A stretch of 64,000 bases of DNA from an uncultured Gammaproteobacteria bacterium (GTDB lineage: Bacteria > Patescibacteriota > Patescibacteriia > CAZGFX01), in the NCBI GenBank assembly GCA_964524845.1, contig CAZGFX010000001.1, positions 227,740 to 291,739 on the forward strand. The letters are read 5' to 3'. Positions 60,583 to 64,000 of the stretch are shown here, piece after piece (the stretch's first letter is position 1; every line of letters begins with the position of its first letter). The translations under genes were made by a program, and so were the position numbers. The notes beneath the pieces were generated by a model. It saw nothing but the letters and a program-made list of their open reading frames with translations, did no database searches and was not told the DNA's origin.

Positions 60583-61941
60583 TTATTCTGCAATTTCTTC
60601 TTGTTGTTGACCAGGTCCTCCCCCTTGAGAAACACAAGTAGATCCGGTTTTTACATAACCAGATTTACACGTGAACCCCGCGCAATCAATATCACATACA
60701 GCATTTGTTGGAGTTCCGATATTTCCTTCACACACTTCCTCTGAATCAAGTATTCCATCTCCGCACTTTCTTCCAATTAGTTGAACCGACTTACACGACT
60801 CATCGCAATATGTACACGGAATACCGTATGTTGACGATATACATTTTGTTCCGTTTTGTTCTTCTCCATAATCACATTGTTCGTCTCCGTTTTGTACTCC
60901 ATCTCCACATTGCTCGTTTGCTATACACGTTCCTTTTTTAATAAACTTACAACTTGCGTTACACTCGTATGTTTCTTGTCCTGTGTATCGTCCTATTGTG
61001 CATGATTTTGTTGTTAGTTGTCCTGGCTCGCACTCCTCTCCGAGATCTGATTGTACTATTGAGTCTCCACACACCGGTTTGTTGAATACTGTGGTGCAAA
61101 TTCTATTGTCGTTTATGTAAACAATATGGGAATTAATATCGCTCCACGATAAATCAGTAAACTCAAAATTAGCATATAGTGTATATGATTGTCCGTTTGG
61201 TGATACTTGGTAATGAAATACTCTGGAGTTTTTTGGACATACGTATGCTCCGTTTGGTCGTTCGTTTGATACTGGTATCCAGCATGTTTTTGGATCAAAT
61301 CCTGCTTTTTCACATCCGTATGCATATGTGTTTATAGGATCTGTTCCTTGTACTCCAATAAGTGTTAGAAATCTCTGCCAAGAAGGCCACGCGCTTGATG
61401 TTAGACCAGGGATGTATGTTCCTGATATAAGAGTAGGATATGTTCCATTTTTTTGTTTATATGTTTCAAGAGCTCCGGCTATTGATGTTAGTGTGTGAAG
61501 TCTTTTTTGATCTCTAAATATCTGCTCTATATTTTCGTTTGTGAAGTTCTGGAGTCCTGTTTCTGCGCGATAATCTGTAAATTTAAGATTTTTTATTATA
61601 ATATCGTACGCCTTGTTTATTGCAGAAGATGTTTTGTCTGATGTCGTCACTACATATACTCTTGTTTCGAGTTTTTGATTTGTTGGATTAAAAAATACTC
61701 CATTGATATATATGGAATTTTTATCCTTAACGGCTGGGTATCCTTTAACTGTCGTGCTTTGTGGTGTTCCTGTAAATCCTTGATCTATATACCATTTTTC
61801 AATTGGAATTTGTCTTTTGTTTTCGTATACGCGAAGACCTAGGGCACCAATTGTTTGTTTTCCGCTCGTCTGTGCATACACAACAATACTTGCTCCAAAA
61901 AGGAACAAAACAATTAAAAATATATATTTGCTTATTTTCAT
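60583..61941 (-). CDS. secreted protein with pilin-like helix and DUF4215-like Cys-rich repeats
   Basis: RDQKR..L..I..ALE.Y....G.YP; three CGD(G/S)....E.C motifs. Confidence 0.75.
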   Translation of the reverse strand: MKISKYIFLIVLFLFGASIVVYAQTSGKQTIGALGLRVYENKRQIPIEKWYIDQGFTGTPQSTTVKGYPAVKDKNSIYINGVFFNPTNQKLETRVYVVTTSDKTSSAINKAYDIIIKNLKFTDYRAETGLQNFTNENIEQIFRDQKRLHTLTSIAGALETYKQKNGTYPTLISGTYIPGLTSSAWPSWQRFLTLIGVQGTDPINTYAYGCEKAGFDPKTCWIPVSNERPNGAYVCPKNSRVFHYQVSPNGQSYTLYANFEFTDLSWSDINSHIVYINDNRICTTVFNKPVCGDSIVQSDLGEECEPGQLTTKSCTIGRYTGQETYECNASCKFIKKGTCIANEQCGDGVQNGDEQCDYGEEQNGTKCISSTYGIPCTYCDESCKSVQLIGRKCGDGILDSEEVCEGNIGTPTNAVCDIDCAGFTCKSGYVKTGSTCVSQGGGPGQQQEEIAE

Positions 61942-62109
61942 ATATGTAGGCGAATTTTTAATACAATCTAATTATACAATATTTTTAATAATTAAACAAA
62001 TACAGTCTGGGTAAAAACTCTTTTATAAGCCAAAACCCCTGCCATAAAAGCAGGGGGTAATGTTCTATATTTCGATCAAAAACTCGTAAATATCTTTTGG
62101 CTTTTATAA

Positions 62110-62562
62110 TTATTTTGATACTGGATCATTCGGGTCAGTTTGATTTTTTATTTCGTCACCATCTTTGACTCCATCTGCGTCGCTATCTTCAGAAAATGGA
62201 TCTAGCATCAGACGAATTTCATCAAAATCATTTACACCATCACCGTCTGTATCTGCTTTGTTCGGATCTGTTTTGTATATTTTCTCGTTTTCATCAGGAA
62301 TACCATCCTTGTCAGTATCTGTCTTTCCAGGCTCTCCTTCTTTGTTTTCAAAAACCTGTACTCGAGAATTGTCGTATGTTGGTTTGTATGGCTGCGTTGG
62401 CTCTTCTTTTGTATTATTTCCGGTTTGTTTCTGTTTGTTCGTACCTGTTTGTTCTGTTTTATTTGACGATGGAACTGTCGGTTCCATAGAAATAGAAGCA
62501 ATATAAGCAATTAAACCTATTATTATCAGAACAACCAATGTTAATATTATTTTTTTCGACAT
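62110..62562 (-). CDS. membrane-anchored TSP3-like Ca-binding repeat protein
   Basis: N-terminal TM; DTDKDG, DTDGDG, DSDADG repeats. Confidence 0.8.
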   Translation of the reverse strand: MSKKIILTLVVLIIIGLIAYIASISMEPTVPSSNKTEQTGTNKQKQTGNNTKEEPTQPYKPTYDNSRVQVFENKEGEPGKTDTDKDGIPDENEKIYKTDPNKADTDGDGVNDFDEIRLMLDPFSEDSDADGVKDGDEIKNQTDPNDPVSK

Positions 62563-62632
62563 AATTACTTGTTATTTATTATTAATATCTACTATATAAA
62601 AAGTATATAGAAAAACACGTATAATTGAAAGA

Positions 62633-64000
62633 CTATTCGTCTACGAATGGTGTATCAACAGCTTCTTCTGCTGATCCTATAAGTATTTCAATTTGAACTA
62701 CATCACCTCCTTTAATTTGTGAAAAATTATATTTCTTAGTTGCAACAATTTTCTCGTCTTCTATAACCGAATACGAATCCGTGTCGAGCTCAAATCCTTT
62801 GATTTTAATTCCACACCGACCATTGTTGTCCGTCGTACAACTCCATGGGCCTGAGTCAGATTCAACAATAATACCTGCCATTCCTGATGTCATTTGGTGA
62901 TGAACATAAAATTCAATGATGATTGTTGGCAGGCACATTCCTTCTTTTTCTGAATATCCGTTATTACAAACAAATGTACATGCACCAAGCGTACATAAGC
63001 TTTCACTATTTTCCGGTCCAGAACAAATTATTCCGCACCCTCCACAATTATTATTGTCATATAGTGTGTTTATCTCACATCCGTTTGTCATCGTTGTATC
63101 ACAGTTTGCTCTGTTTGCTATACAACTTGCTCCTGTACATGCGTTATATGCTGTTCCTGCCCATGTTTTTGTTCCTCCTGTTGTGAATGCTGGTTGTGTG
63201 TTTGATGCGTATGTACTGTTTGTGTATGTACAAGATTGTGTGTTTGCGATACATGCTGTGCTTTCGTTGTGTGCTAAAGCTGTACATAGATATGTACATG
63301 CGTATGTGAAGGCAGAGCCGGTACATGATGCTGTTGCGTTTGCAGGAGCAGAACACGATGTTGTTGATATTGATTGTGTGCCATTGTTTGTTGCAGATCC
63401 GCAAGTTGTTAGACTTGATAGGTTTGTTTCACAACCATCGGTGCTTTGAGCGTTCTTATCAGCATATGGAGCAGTGCATTGATATCCTGTACATGATCCC
63501 CACGCTGTTCCTGTCCAGTTTTGAGTTCCTCCTGTTGTGTTTGTTGGTTGAGTTGCGCATGGTCGTGTGTTTGATATACATACTCCATTTTCACTATGGA
63601 AGCTTGTTGAACATGTTCCTATAGTACAAGTACTGTTTGAACATATTGCTGTGCCATTTGTTGTTGAGCACTTGTTTTGACATGATGCGCAGTTGTTTGC
63701 GTCGTTTGTTAGATTGATTTCACATCCGTTTGTGCTTGTCTTGTCACAATCAGCAAATCCAACAGCACAAGCATACGATGTATATTCATATGTTTGTGTT
63801 GATGGATTCCATTCTGTTGTTGCTTTTGTTGTGTTTGGTAATAGAGGGGCTTCTTCGTTTGTGTTTGATACGCAAGATGATCCTTCTTGGTGAGTATTTG
63901 CAGGACATACGCAAGTTGATCCTGATTTTATAAATGTTGGTGAGCAAGATATTTCACATATTCCAAGAGTACAAAGACTTGTTCCGTTTGTTGGATTTGT
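62633..64000 (-). CDS. C-terminal part of a large Cys/Thr-rich repeat surface protein (5' truncated)
   Basis: Frame of ORF 62633-63091 stays open to base 64000; repeats of (N/D)GCE.N...N(N)C..C. Confidence 0.85.
   Translation of the reverse strand, partial: TNPTNGTSLCTLGICEISCSPTFIKSGSTCVCPANTHQEGSSCVSNTNEEAPLLPNTTKATTEWNPSTQTYEYTSYACAVGFADCDKTSTNGCEINLTNDANNCASCQNKCSTTNGTAICSNSTCTIGTCSTSFHSENGVCISNTRPCATQPTNTTGGTQNWTGTAWGSCTGYQCTAPYADKNAQSTDGCETNLSSLTTCGSATNNGTQSISTTSCSAPANATASCTGSAFTYACTYLCTALAHNESTACIANTQSCTYTNSTYASNTQPAFTTGGTKTWAGTAYNACTGASCIANRANCDTTMTNGCEINTLYDNNNCGGCGIICSGPENSESLCTLGACTFVCNNGYSEKEGMCLPTIIIEFYVHHQMTSGMAGIIVESDSGPWSCTTDNNGRCGIKIKGFELDTDSYSVIEDEKIVATKKYNFSQIKGGDVVQIEILIGSAEEAVDTPFVDE

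Noticed and set aside
1-64000. Alternative genetic code (TGA=Gly, code 25) or prophage
   Set aside because: Conserved genes are full length under code 11 and several end at TGA; no phage structural, terminase or integrase genes recognised.

Overview
AT-rich bacterial chromosome segment, translated with the standard code 11. The gene mix suggests a CPR/Patescibacteria (Parcubacteria/ABY1-like) genome; this is inferred from PilB, TSP3-like DxDxDG proteins, DUF4215-like Cys repeats, 'GKILLQVE..GEAWY' repeats and degenerate metabolic enzymes. Housekeeping genes (trpS, rlmD, folD, queG, pcrA/uvrD, ychF, htrA, queA, ruvB, gyrA, rpsA, ftsH, pilB, valS with a T-box, tsaE, tsaD) alternate with self-contained accessory cassettes built as -35/-10 promoter, A-rich leader, strong SD and terminator. 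The most unusual signal is non-coding. Two similar 225-265 nt promoter-to-terminator units with no credible ORF (13173-13436 and 40010-40235) share UUUUUGGG(U/A)AU hairpin loops and a UCUCUCCU tract; the first lies directly downstream of a Translin/Trax-like nuclease gene. A 2.8 kb island bounded by 42-bp direct repeats (7479-10375) carries a TrmB-like regulator, a divergent ~470 nt C-rich structured transcript complementary to those loops, and a convergent GGA-rich/micro-ORF transcript. Also notable: two large proteins with T9SS-type C-terminal domains, REP-like palindromes, a T-box with a very short stem I, and a 28-aa repeat protein with a hypervariable patch. No rRNA, tRNA, CRISPR array, integrase or transposase was recognised. 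All RNA structures were folded by eye and all family calls come from motif recognition, not database searches.
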